From: an uncultured Candidatus Rokubacteria bacterium
GTDB lineage: Bacteria > Methylomirabilota > Methylomirabilia > Rokubacteriales > DASRDR01
NCBI GenBank assembly: GCA_963805625.1
Contig: CAWDVE010000009.1
Coordinates: 1-64,000 of the forward strand
Length of the DNA stretch: 64,000 nt
Reading direction: 5' to 3'
Both the position numbers and the translations under genes were made by a program. Positions 1 to 8,941 of the stretch are shown here, in pieces (positions within the stretch are counted from its first letter, which is position 1; each line of letters opens with the position of its first letter). Below the pieces are notes generated by a model. It did no database searches and had not been told where the DNA came from. It saw only the letters and a program-made list of their open reading frames with translations.

Positions 1-693
1 TGGAGCGCGGAGAGGATCTCGTCGACCGCGGCCGAGGCCCAGATGCGGAAGAACGGCGACGCCTGGAGCGCCCCGAACTCCCGGTCCACCCGCGCCCGCG
101 GTCGCTTCCGGGGTCTCCCCCGGCCGCGGCACGCGAATGTGGCCGTAGACCAGCCGGTCCTTGTCGTAGATCCTCGGGTACTCGACATAGTGGTAGAGGT
201 ACCGGAGGTCTCCCGTGTAGAACACGGCGACCGGGACCGACTGCCAGGTCTGCCCCCTCTTCTCGTTCAGGAATTCCGCCACGAGATCGGCGTTGCTGTC
301 CGGCGCCTCGGCCAGGCTCGGGCGCTGGCTCTGACCGAACCGCTGCCCGTCTCGGCAAAAGATCCGAAGCTCCAGCTCGCCGGCCTCCGCGAGACGGTTC
401 AGCATGGGAATGTCACGCCGACAGTCGGACGACCACTCCTCGGAGATGGCGAGGATCCGCCGCGGCCCTTCCGGCTGGGCCGCCAGCCAGCGGACGGCCG
501 CCGTCTGGGCGTCGGACAGCCGCAGCGAGTCGTACCAGCTCCGCATCCATCCGCTCCAGTCCCGACGCGTCGCGCCGCTGGCGGAACCCTCCCGCCGAAG
601 GTTCTCGGGACTCGCCACGTACTGGAGATACTGCTCGAAGGTCATGCCGGACGCGTAGCGCTCCGGCGTGACCACGGTCTTCGTCCGATCCAT
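1..693 (-). CDS. Thioredoxin-fold protein (Thioredoxin_9-like), runs off the window edge; apparent +1 frameshift near position 100
   Basis: Not in the ORF track. Manual translation from ATG at 693: MDRTKTVVTPERYASGMTFEQYL...ILAISEEWSSDCRRDIPML...QSVPVAVFY. EEWSSDC matches the EDWCxDC motif of this family. The natural-looking C-terminus (RARVDREFGALQASPFFRIWASAAVDEILSAL) is in another frame. Confidence 0.65.
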   Translation of the reverse strand, partial: MDRTKTVVTPERYASGMTFEQYLQYVASPENLRREGSASGATRRDWSGWMRSWYDSLRLSDAQTAAVRWLAAQPEGPRRILAISEEWSSDCRRDIPMLNRLAEAGELELRIFCRDGQRFGQSQRPSLAEAPDSNADLVAEFLNEKRGQTWQSVPVAVFYTGDLRYLYHYVEYPRIYDKDRLVYGHIRVPRPGETPEATAGAGGPGVRGAPGVAVLPHLGLGRGRRDPLRAP

Positions 694-706
694 TGGGCCT
701 CCGATC

Positions 707-1852
707 CTAGCGTGACTCGAGAAGATACCGCGCGATGACCATGCGCTGCACCTCCGACGTCCCCTCGCCGATCTCGCAGAGCTTGGCGTCCCGGTAGAAG
801 CGCTCCACCGGAAACTCGCGCGTGTAGCCGTACCCGCCGTGCACCTGGACCGCCTTGGTCGCGCACCGCACCGCGACCTCCGAGGCAAAGACCTTCGCCA
901 TCGACGCCTCCCGCATGATCGGGCGGCCGCGGTCCTTCCCATAGGCCGCGCGGAGGGTGAGGAGCCGCGCGGCCTCGATCTCGGTGGCGAGATCGGCGAG
1001 GATCGCCTGGATGCCCTGGAAGCGGCCGATCGGCCGGCCGAAGGCCTGGCGCTCCTTCGCGTACCGCACCGCCTGGTCGAGCGCCCCCTGGGCAAGCCCC
1101 ACCGCCATCGCGGCCATGGCGATCCGGCCGCCCTCCAGCACCTTCTTCGTGTCCTGGAAGCCTCGGTTGCGCTCGCCCAGGAGGTTCGCCTTCGGGACGC
1201 GAGCGCCTTCGAGGACGAGCTCGGCCGTGTCGGAGGCGTGAAGCCCGAGCTTCTTGTATCGCTGGCCGGGACGGAAGCCCGGCATCCCTCTCTCCAGGAT
1301 GAACGCCGACACGCCGCGACCGCCCGCGGCCGGGTCGGTCTTGGCCATGACGACCGCCGTCCCCGCGACGCTCCCGTTGGTGATGAAGGCCTTCGTGCCG
1401 TCGAGCACGAAAACGTCGTCCGCCTCCACCGCTCGGGTCCGCATCGCCGCCGCGTCCGAGCCCGCTTCCGGCTCGGTCAGCCCCCAGGCGCCGAGGACGT
1501 CACCTCGCGCGAGCGGCGGCACGTACCGCTCGCGCTGGCCCGCGGTGCCGAAGCTGTAGATGTGGTTCGTGCAGAGCGAGTTGTGGGCCCACATCGTGAT
1601 GCCCACGGAGCCGTCCACCCGGGATAGCTCCTCCACCACCAGCGCGTACGCGACGTAGTCGAGCCCGGCCCCGCCGTACTCCGGCGGGAACAGCGCCCCC
1701 AGGAAGCCGAGCGCGCCCAGCTTCCCGACGAGCTCCGCGGGGAACTCCTCGGTCTCGTCGTAGCGGGCGATGACCGGCGCGATCTCGGCCACCGCGAACT
1801 CCCGGGCGGTGCGCCGCGCCAGCTCCTGCTCGACCGTCAGCTCGAAGTCCAT
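707..1852 (-). CDS. Acyl-CoA dehydrogenase (short/branched-chain type)
   Basis: [28 protein letters not shown]-terminal catalytic [10 protein letters not shown]. Confidence 0.95.
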   Translation of the reverse strand: MDFELTVEQELARRTAREFAVAEIAPVIARYDETEEFPAELVGKLGALGFLGALFPPEYGGAGLDYVAYALVVEELSRVDGSVGITMWAHNSLCTNHIYSFGTAGQRERYVPPLARGDVLGAWGLTEPEAGSDAAAMRTRAVEADDVFVLDGTKAFITNGSVAGTAVVMAKTDPAAGGRGVSAFILERGMPGFRPGQRYKKLGLHASDTAELVLEGARVPKANLLGERNRGFQDTKKVLEGGRIAMAAMAVGLAQGALDQAVRYAKERQAFGRPIGRFQGIQAILADLATEIEAARLLTLRAAYGKDRGRPIMREASMAKVFASEVAVRCATKAVQVHGGYGYTREFPVERFYRDAKLCEIGEGTSEVQRMVIARYLLESR

Positions 1853-1886
1853 CGCTCGCCGGGCCGTCCCAGGCCGGACGGCGGCC

Positions 1887-2099
1887 TCAGCCCTCCCGGC
1901 CGACCGAGAAAGCCCGCACCATCATGAGGAGGCCGTATGCGGCGAGAAGCCACGGCCCGGCGCTGCCGTCGCCTGCGAGCAGGGCGTCCACGAGCTCGGC
2001 CGGATGCCGTACCACCTCGGCCGCCGCCGGACCCGTGCGCACGAACTCCTCGGCGGCAAAGAGTAGGCACAGGACGCCGAGCGTCAGACGCCAGATCAT
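1887..2099 (-). CDS. Small hypothetical membrane protein
   Basis: 70 aa with two hydrophobic segments; ATGA overlap with the upstream remnant. Confidence 0.45.
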   Translation of the reverse strand: MIWRLTLGVLCLLFAAEEFVRTGPAAAEVVRHPAELVDALLAGDGSAGPWLLAAYGLLMMVRAFSVGREG

Positions 2100-2362
2100 G
2101 CGGAGAGCCTCAGAAACGCCTTCATCACCTTCCCATTCGGGTTCCGCGGAAGCACATCGAGGACCTCCATGACCTCCGGTACCTTGAAGCGCGCCCGCCG
2201 CGCGCTAGCCCAGCCCCGAACGTCTTGGACCTCGAGCCGGGCCCCGGGCCGCGCCACGCGGCACGCTTTGACCCTCTCACCGTACACCGGATCGGGCAGG
2301 CTCACCACGACGGCTCCAGCACGGGGGCGGGTGGGCGCAAGAGCACTTCCGCATTTTCCACA
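2096..2362 (-). pseudogene. Remnant of an acyl-CoA synthetase (AMP-binding C-terminal domain only)
   Basis: VSLPDPVYGERVKA...FKVPE...LPRNPNGKVMK is the AMP-binding_C signature. Upstream, VEN..VL/CAHP/VLE is split across frames and the N-terminal domain is absent. Confidence 0.7.
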
Positions 2363-2529
2363 CCGTGCGATCCCGCGCCCGCGCCGTGCGCGGGCAAGGG
2401 AGCCCCGGGAGACCGGCCGTCAGCTCGGGCGGCCACGCCTCGAGGCCGCGCGCTCTCATCGAAGCCGGGCGGTAGGCCGAGGCGTGGCTCCCCGCCTCCA
2501 GCGCGTCCGAGGCGATCGGGCGTGGCCCG

Positions 2530-2937
2530 TCAGGTCCGGGCAGGACGGACGTTCGCGGTCACGAAGGCGACGATGTCGCGCGTCGACGTGCCGGGCGTGA
2601 AGATCTCGCGCACGCCCTCGGCCTTCAGTCGCGCGATGTCCTCGGGCGGCACGATGCCTCCGCCGAAGACTAGCACGTCGTCGACACCCTTCTCGCGGAG
2701 GAGCTCCAGGACCCGGCCGAAAAGGTAGTTGTGGGCGCCGGACAGGACCGAGAGCCCGATGGCGTCGACGTCCTCCTGGATCGCGGTCGCGACGATCTCC
2801 TCGGGACTCTGGTGGAGCCCGGTGTAGACAACCTCCATGCCCGCGTCCCTGAGCGCCCGCGCCACGATCTTCGCGCCCCGGTCGTGGCCGTCCAGCCCAG
2901 GCTTCCCCACCAGGATCCGCAGCTTGCGCTCGGTCAT
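2530..2937 (-). CDS. icmB: Cobalamin-binding small subunit of an acyl-CoA mutase (IcmB/MCM C-terminal domain)
   Basis: [12 protein letters not shown] (DxHxxG), [16 protein letters not shown]; start [10 protein letters not shown] at 2937. Confidence 0.9.
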   Translation of the reverse strand: MTERKLRILVGKPGLDGHDRGAKIVARALRDAGMEVVYTGLHQSPEEIVATAIQEDVDAIGLSVLSGAHNYLFGRVLELLREKGVDDVLVFGGGIVPPEDIARLKAEGVREIFTPGTSTRDIVAFVTANVRPART

Positions 2938-2997
2938 GGGACCCGGCCGGCCGCGTCGGTGGAGAGGGCGATCGTCTGGCATCTCATCCGCACGTCC

Positions 2998-3408
2998 TCA
3001 CACGAGCGCCCCCCGGATCCTCTCGGCCGCCGCCTGGATGCGCCCCCGGTCCCCGGCGACGACGGGCCAGTCGAAGCCCTTCCCGTCCCCGGTGAAGCGC
3101 GGAATCAAATGGAAGTGAAAGTGCGGCACCGACTGGAACGCGGCAGCCCCATTCGCCTGCAGCAGATTGAGACCGTCGGCGCGCAGGGCCTCCCGGATGG
3201 CCTTCCCCACGCGCTTGGCCGTCGCGATCGCCGCCCGGAGATCCGCCTCGTCGGCCTCGAAGAGGGTCGCCGCGTGGGCGCGCGGGATGACCAGGGTGTG
3301 GCCCTCGTTCAGAGGGTTGATATCCATGAAGGCGATCGTGCGCTCGTCCTCGTACACCCGCGTCGAGGGGATCTGGCCGTCCCGGATCCGGCAGAACACG
3401 CAGTCCAC
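2998..3408 (-). CDS. HIT family hydrolase
   Basis: MDCVFCRI, PLNEGHTLVIP, histidine triad QSVPHFHFHLIPR. Confidence 0.95.
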   Translation of the reverse strand: MDCVFCRIRDGQIPSTRVYEDERTIAFMDINPLNEGHTLVIPRAHAATLFEADEADLRAAIATAKRVGKAIREALRADGLNLLQANGAAAFQSVPHFHFHLIPRFTGDGKGFDWPVVAGDRGRIQAAAERIRGALV

Positions 3409-3417
3409 GCCGCGGCC

Positions 3418-4005
3418 CTAGCCTTCCTTGGACTGCCGGTCCACCTCAGCCTGGACCTCCGTGAAGGCCTTCTTCGCGGCCTCGATGCGCTCCTTGGCAT
3501 CCGGGGCCGTCCCCTCGGATTCCGCCTCGAAGGCCTCCACGGACATCTGGAGGGCCCGGCCCGCCCGGCCGTGGAGGTCCTGGAGGTCCGAGGGCACCTG
3601 GAGCGCCCGCCACTTCTCGCCGAGCCGCCGGAACGCGGACGCCTTCGACTGCGAATCCAGCACCGTCTGCGTGAACAGCGGCTCGCCCTCCTTGAGGACC
3701 TGCGACATCTCGCGGGCCGCTGCGCTGGAGCTGCTCGCGGTCGGGACGACGGTGGCGCTGGCTGGGGCCGAGTACATCCGGAGGTCGCGCGACTGATTCA
3801 TCCCTTCGATGCGGCTGATGTCGGTCTTGAGGATCCGGATGATGCCGCCGCCGCGGGCGAACTCCACCGCATCCCCGGTGTCCCGCCAGGCGTCGACCTG
3901 GATCGTGTTGCCATTCGTCAGGAAGATGACGTCCGCGCGCGCCGCGGGCGCGGCCGCCACCGCCGCCACCAGCCCGACACCCATCGCCAGCCCTCTACCC
4001 CTCAT
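3418..4005 (-). CDS. Exported hypothetical protein
   Basis: Signal peptide ending ARA-D, then DVIFLTNG beta-rich start and helical C-terminus; lies in the mutase operon. Confidence 0.7.
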   Translation of the reverse strand: MRGRGLAMGVGLVAAVAAAPAARADVIFLTNGNTIQVDAWRDTGDAVEFARGGGIIRILKTDISRIEGMNQSRDLRMYSAPASATVVPTASSSSAAAREMSQVLKEGEPLFTQTVLDSQSKASAFRRLGEKWRALQVPSDLQDLHGRAGRALQMSVEAFEAESEGTAPDAKERIEAAKKAFTEVQAEVDRQSKEG

Positions 4006-4042
4006 CGCTCCGCCTTCCTCCGGCAACGCTCCGCGCCGGCTC

Positions 4043-5668
4043 TCAGAAGATGATGGGCTCCCGGTAGCGCCCGAACGTCTCGCGATACACGTCTGCGATC
4101 TCCCCGAGGGAGGCCTGCGCCTTGACCGCGTCCACGAGGACCGGCATCAGGTTCTGCCCGTTCCGGCACGCGTCCGCGACGCGGCGCAGCTGGTGAGCGA
4201 CGTGTGCCGGGCTCCGGGCCGCCTTGACCGCGCGGAGACGCTCGACCTGCTCGCGCTCGACCGCCTCGTCGAGCCGGAGGTACGGGATCGGTGGCTCGTC
4301 CGCCTGAACGTGGCGGTTCACGCCGACCACCACGCGCTCCCCGGCGTCCTCCTTGAGCTGCGTCCGGTAGCCGGAGTCCGCGATCTCCTGCTGCGGGAAC
4401 CCCACGTCGAGGGCCCGGATCATCCCGCCCAGGTCGTCGATCTTCCGGATGAGGCGCCAGGCCTCGGCCTCCATCCGGTCCGTGAGCGCCTCGACGAAGT
4501 AGGCCCCGCCGAGCGGATCAACGGTGTGGGTGACCCCCGTCTCCTCGGCGACGATCTGCTGGGTCCGGAGCGCCAGGGTCACGGCCTCCTCGGTCGGGAG
4601 CGCCCACGTCTCGTCGTAGGAGTTCGTGTGGAGCGACTGGGCTCCACCGAGCACCGCGGCCAGCGCCTGGATCGCGACGCGCGCGACGTTGTTGAGTGGC
4701 TGCTGCGCGGTCAGGGAGACGCCGGCCGTCTGGGTGTGCATCCGGAGCCGCATGGCCCGGGGATCGGTGGCGCCGAACCGCTCCTTCATGATCGTGGCCC
4801 AGATGCGGCGGGCCGCGCGGAGCTTCGCGATCTCCTCGAAGAAGTCCGAGTGGATGTCGAAGAAGAACGAAAGCTGCGGCGCGAAACGGTCCACCGGCAG
4901 CCCGCGCTGGACGCAGGCCTCGACGTACGCGACGCCGTCGGCCAGCGTGAAGGCCAGCTCCTGGATCGCCGTCGCGCCGGCTTCCCGGATGTGGTAGCCG
5001 GAGATCGACACCGGGTGAAACTTCGGGACCGAGTGCATGCAGAACTCGATCATGTCGACGACGATCCGGACGGCCGGCGTCGGGGGGCAGATCCATTCCT
5101 TCTGGGCGCTGAACTCCTTCAGCATGTCGTTCTGGATGGTGCCGTCCACCTCGGTCCAGGGCACGCCCTGCCGCTCCGCCACCGCCAGGTACATCGCGAG
5201 GACGACGGATGCGGTGCAGTTGATGGTCATTGACGTCGAGACCCGGCCGAGCGGGATGCCCTCGAAGAGCCGCTCCATGTCGGCGAGCGTCGAGACCGAC
5301 ACACCCTCGCGGCCGACCTCGCCTCGGGCTTTCGGGTGGTCGGCGTCGTACCCCATGAGGGACGGCATGTCGAAGGCGGTCGAGAGGCCGGTCTGGCCTT
5401 GCTCGAGGAGGAACTTGAAGCGCCGGTTCGTGTCCTCGGGCCGCCCGAAGCCGGCGAACATCCGCATGGTCCAGAGGCGTCCCCGGTACATGGTGGGATA
5501 GACGCCCCGGGTGAACGGGTACTCGCCGGGAAGCCCCAGCCGCTCCGGGTCGCGCCAGCCCGGCAGGTCCGCCGGCGTGTACACACGCTCGACGGGCAGG
5601 CCGGACATGGTCTCGAAGGCCGGTTTCCGCTCGGTCGACCCGCGGTCCTGGCTGCGCTCCTCGGTCAC
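4043..5668 (-). CDS. icmA: Acyl-CoA mutase large subunit, isobutyryl-CoA mutase type
   Basis: [19 protein letters not shown] (Phe where MCM has Tyr89), [14 protein letters not shown] (Gln where MCM has Arg207), [20 protein letters not shown]. Confidence 0.85.
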   Translation of the reverse strand: MTEERSQDRGSTERKPAFETMSGLPVERVYTPADLPGWRDPERLGLPGEYPFTRGVYPTMYRGRLWTMRMFAGFGRPEDTNRRFKFLLEQGQTGLSTAFDMPSLMGYDADHPKARGEVGREGVSVSTLADMERLFEGIPLGRVSTSMTINCTASVVLAMYLAVAERQGVPWTEVDGTIQNDMLKEFSAQKEWICPPTPAVRIVVDMIEFCMHSVPKFHPVSISGYHIREAGATAIQELAFTLADGVAYVEACVQRGLPVDRFAPQLSFFFDIHSDFFEEIAKLRAARRIWATIMKERFGATDPRAMRLRMHTQTAGVSLTAQQPLNNVARVAIQALAAVLGGAQSLHTNSYDETWALPTEEAVTLALRTQQIVAEETGVTHTVDPLGGAYFVEALTDRMEAEAWRLIRKIDDLGGMIRALDVGFPQQEIADSGYRTQLKEDAGERVVVGVNRHVQADEPPIPYLRLDEAVEREQVERLRAVKAARSPAHVAHQLRRVADACRNGQNLMPVLVDAVKAQASLGEIADVYRETFGRYREPIIF

Positions 5669-5699
5669 CGGGCCGGCCTCCCGTCGTCCTTGGTTGCGA

Positions 5700-6845
5700 T
5701 CACGTGGCCTCCAGCAGCGACCGCGCGACGACCAGCCGCTGGATCTGGGACGTTCCCTCGTAGATCTGGGTGACCTTCGCGTCCCGGAAGAAGCGCTCGA
5801 CCGGATACTCCTTCATGTACCCGTACCCGCCGTGCACCTGGACCGCATCCGTCGCCACGCGCATGGCGGTCTCGGAGGCGAAGAGCTTGGCCATCGACGC
5901 CGCCGGGCCGTACGACTTGCCCCGGTCCTTCAGCACGGCCGCGCGCCAGGCCAGTAGCCGGGCCGCGTCGACGCCCGTGGCCATGTCGGCGAGCATCCAC
6001 TGGACCTGCTGGTGCTGCCCGATCGGGACGCCGAAGCTCCGCCGCCCCTTCGCGTACGCCACGGAGGCCTCGAGCGCGGCCCGGGCGATGCCGATCGCCT
6101 GCGCGGCGATGCCGATGCGCCCCCCGTCGAGGGCGCGCATCGCGACCTTGAACCCCTCGCCCTCGCCCCCCAGGCGGTTCGCCACGGGCACCCGGCATCC
6201 CTCGAACACGAACTCCGCCGTGTCGGACGCGCGGAGCCCGAGCTTGTCCTCCACCCGGGGAACGTGGAATCCCGGCGTCCCCTTCTCGATCAGGAGCGCG
6301 GTGATGCCGTGACGAGCCTTCTGGACATCGGTCTGGACGAAGACCAGAGCCACGGTCGACTCCCGGCCGTTCGTCACGAACACCTTGCGCCCGTCGATCA
6401 CGTAGTGGTCACCGTCGCGCCGGCCCAGCGTCGCCTGGTTCGTGGCGTCCGATCCCGCCTGAGGCTCGGTCAGGGCGAAGCAGCCAAGCGCACGGCCGGA
6501 GGCCAGGGGTCCGAGGAAGCGCTCGTGCTGGGCCGGCGTCCCGAACTTCAGCAGGGGCTCGCAGACGAGGGAGTTGTTCACCGACATCACCACGGCGTGG
6601 GACGCGCAGGCGACCGCGACCTCCTCGAGGGCCAGCACGTAGGACAGCGTGTCGGCGCCGCCGCCGCCCAGCTTGTCCGGGACCATGATCCCGAGGAGCC
6701 CGAGCTCGCCCATCCGCTTCACCGTGGCGTGCGGGAAGCGCCCCTCCCGGTCGCACGCGGCGGCGATGGGCTTGACCTCCTGCTCGGCGAACTCCCGAGC
6801 GAGGCCCTGGACCATCTGCTGCTCGTCCGTCAGCTCGAGCCTCAT
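5700..6845 (-). CDS. Acyl-CoA dehydrogenase (butyryl-CoA dehydrogenase-like)
   Basis: [33 protein letters not shown]. Confidence 0.95.
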   Translation of the reverse strand: MRLELTDEQQMVQGLAREFAEQEVKPIAAACDREGRFPHATVKRMGELGLLGIMVPDKLGGGGADTLSYVLALEEVAVACASHAVVMSVNNSLVCEPLLKFGTPAQHERFLGPLASGRALGCFALTEPQAGSDATNQATLGRRDGDHYVIDGRKVFVTNGRESTVALVFVQTDVQKARHGITALLIEKGTPGFHVPRVEDKLGLRASDTAEFVFEGCRVPVANRLGGEGEGFKVAMRALDGGRIGIAAQAIGIARAALEASVAYAKGRRSFGVPIGQHQQVQWMLADMATGVDAARLLAWRAAVLKDRGKSYGPAASMAKLFASETAMRVATDAVQVHGGYGYMKEYPVERFFRDAKVTQIYEGTSQIQRLVVARSLLEAT

Positions 6846-6854
6846 GCCCCCCTC

Positions 6855-6946
6855 GGGGTCAGACTTTGACTTCCCGACATTTCGCTCTTTCGCTCCGCTC
6901 GCCGTCCGCGCGGTGCGTCAATGTTGGGGAATCAAAGTCTGACCCC
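6855..6946. repeat. 92-bp element with 27-bp imperfect inverted repeats (REP/MITE-like hairpin)
   Basis: GGGGTCAGACTTTGACTTCCCGACATT (6855-6881) versus AATGTTGGGGAATCAAAGTCTGACCCC (6920-6946), 3 mismatches; fills the etfA-ACAD gap. Confidence 0.8.
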
Positions 6947-6948
6947 AG

Positions 6949-7935
6949 TCAGCGCTTCAGCTTGCGGAACTCCTCCGTGAGGAGCGGAACGACCTCGAAC
7001 AGGTCCCCCACGAGCCCGAAATCGGCGATCTTGAAGATCGGCGCGTCGGCGTCCTTGTTCACGGCGCAGATGACCTTGGAGGTCCGCATCCCGGCCAGGT
7101 GCTGGATCGCCCCGGAGATCCCGCAGCCGATGTAGAGCTTCGGGGAAATGGTTCGCCCCGTCTGTCCGATCTGGAAGCGGTGCGGCTTCCACCCGGCATC
7201 GACGGCCGCGCGCGAGGCGCCCACCGCGGCGCCGATGACCCCGGCCAGCTCCTCGAGGAGCACGAAGTTCTCGGGACCCTTGAGTCCCCGGCCGCCCGAC
7301 ACGACGATCTCGGCCTCGGTGAGCTCCGGGAGACCCGTCTGCGCTTCCTCCCGCCGTTCCACGAAGCGGGTGGCCGGGGTCACCGCCCCGAGACTCTGCC
7401 GCTCCACCACCGGCGCGCGCCCCGTCTCGGTCTCCGCGGCCTTGAAGACGTTCGGGCGCAAGGTGGCCAGGGAGGGCCCGGTCTTCCAGCGGACCCGCGA
7501 CAGGAGCTTGCCGGCATACACGGGACGCGTCGCGACGAGCTGGCCGTCGGCCAGGCCGAACGCGACGCAGTCAGCGGCAATCCCCGCGCCGAGGCGCGCC
7601 GCCAGCCGCGCCATCAGCTCCCGGTGGCGGCTCGTGACGGCGCCCCAGATCGCCCGCGGGGACTCACGCCCGGCGAGGTCGGCGAGCGCCGGCACCCACG
7701 TCTCGCCCCGGTACGGGACAAGCGCGGCATCCTCCCACAACCAGATCCGCGAGGCCCCCCAGGCTGCGAGCTGGTCGAGGCCCTCGGGCGCCGCACGGTC
7801 GGTGAGCCAGACGGCCTCGACCCCGCCCCCGAGCTCGGCGGCGCGGCGGCGCGCCTCTCCGATCAGCTCCGCGGTGACCTTCTTCGGTTGTCCCTGCCGA
7901 TCGTCCTCGACCACGCACCAGAACGCGCCTGCCAT
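6949..7935 (-). CDS. etfA: Electron transfer flavoprotein alpha subunit
   Basis: IVVSGGRGL, GASRAAVDAGW, QIGQTG, GISGAIQHLAGM. Confidence 0.97.
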   Translation of the reverse strand: MAGAFWCVVEDDRQGQPKKVTAELIGEARRRAAELGGGVEAVWLTDRAAPEGLDQLAAWGASRIWLWEDAALVPYRGETWVPALADLAGRESPRAIWGAVTSRHRELMARLAARLGAGIAADCVAFGLADGQLVATRPVYAGKLLSRVRWKTGPSLATLRPNVFKAAETETGRAPVVERQSLGAVTPATRFVERREEAQTGLPELTEAEIVVSGGRGLKGPENFVLLEELAGVIGAAVGASRAAVDAGWKPHRFQIGQTGRTISPKLYIGCGISGAIQHLAGMRTSKVICAVNKDADAPIFKIADFGLVGDLFEVVPLLTEEFRKLKR

Positions 7936-7946
7936 CGGGGTCTCCC

Positions 7947-8744
7947 TCAGATCGCCTTGACGTCTTCGCGGAGCGTTCGTACGAGCTCCCGCGCCATGTC
8001 CTTCGGATCACCGGTGAGGATGCGCCCCGGCGGGCGCGGAGGCAGGGCCTCGAGCGCCACGATCTCGAGCGCGGGTGCCACGGTGCCGAGCCCGCCCGGC
8101 TGGAGGTCGGCGGCCTTCCACTCCTTGACCTCCTTTTTCTTGGCTCCCATGATCCCCTTGAGCGTGGGGTAGCGGGGCTCGTTCATGCCCTTCTGGGCTG
8201 TCAACACGCACGGCAGCGGCACGTCGAAGACCTCGAGGCCCCCCTCGACCTGGCGACCCACCCGGATGCGGCTCGCGTCCTCCGCAAGGGTCTCCTCCAT
8301 GATCCACAACAGGCACGGCCAGCCGAGGATCTCCGCGACCTGCGCGCCCGTGGCCCCCATGTCATCGTCAATCGCCTGACGGCCGGACAGGACGAGTTGC
8401 GGACTCTCCAGTCTCACGACCGCCGCCAGCGCCCGGGCCGCGGTCAGCGTGTCCGCGCCTTCGAACGCCGGGTCGTTCACGTGGATGGCGCGGTCGGCGC
8501 CCATCGCCAGGCACGAGCGGAGAGCCTCCTTGGCCCGCTCCGGGCCGAGAGTCACCGCCACGACCTCGTCGGTCGCCGCCTGGCCCCGCTTCTCCTTGAT
8601 GCGGAGGGCTTCCTCGAGCGCGAACTCGTCGTACGGGGAGACGATCCAGGTGATGCCAGTCTGGTCGATCGTCCGCGGGTCGCTCCCGACCTTGACCTGC
8701 GTGGCGGTGTCCGGCACCTGCTTCACCAGGACGAGCATCTTCAT
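7947..8744 (-). CDS. etfB: Electron transfer flavoprotein beta subunit
   Basis: MKMLVLVKQVPDT, PYDEFALEEAL, GRQAIDDD, NEPRYPTLKGIM. Confidence 0.97.
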   Translation of the reverse strand: MKMLVLVKQVPDTATQVKVGSDPRTIDQTGITWIVSPYDEFALEEALRIKEKRGQAATDEVVAVTLGPERAKEALRSCLAMGADRAIHVNDPAFEGADTLTAARALAAVVRLESPQLVLSGRQAIDDDMGATGAQVAEILGWPCLLWIMEETLAEDASRIRVGRQVEGGLEVFDVPLPCVLTAQKGMNEPRYPTLKGIMGAKKKEVKEWKAADLQPGGLGTVAPALEIVALEALPPRPPGRILTGDPKDMARELVRTLREDVKAI

Positions 8745-8805
8745 GCGTCGGGCTCCTTTGAGCGATGCGACTGGGGCGATCCTGGGTCCGTCTGGTAACG
8801 CGTTG

Positions 8806-8835
8806 ATTTTATTCACGCCACACGGCCGAAGTCAA
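8806..8835 (-). promoter_or_regulatory. Sigma70-like promoter of the etfBA-ACAD-mutase operon
   Basis: TTGACT-18 bp-TAAAAT on the minus strand, in an AT-rich patch about 60 bp upstream of etfB. Confidence 0.6.
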
Positions 8836-8941
8836 TGACGCGAGGCTCGAACTCCCCGCTCCGCTAGCTCGGAGACGCGTACAATCCCGCATCGGGGCCC
8901 GGTCGGGGCGCGAGAGCCCCGGGCGGCAGTCCCGCGACGCC

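Noticed and set aside
4002-4046. In-frame CTGA-started bridge between icmA and the exported protein
   Set aside because: CTG is a poor start codon and the downstream gene has its own purine-rich RBS; not counted among the relays
6949-8744. Electron-bifurcating Etf-Bcd as a low-potential donor for Hcr
   Set aside because: EtfB has AIDDD, as in canonical AMP-containing ETFs, rather than the AIDGD..QVG pattern I associate with bifurcating ones; also about 50 kb away
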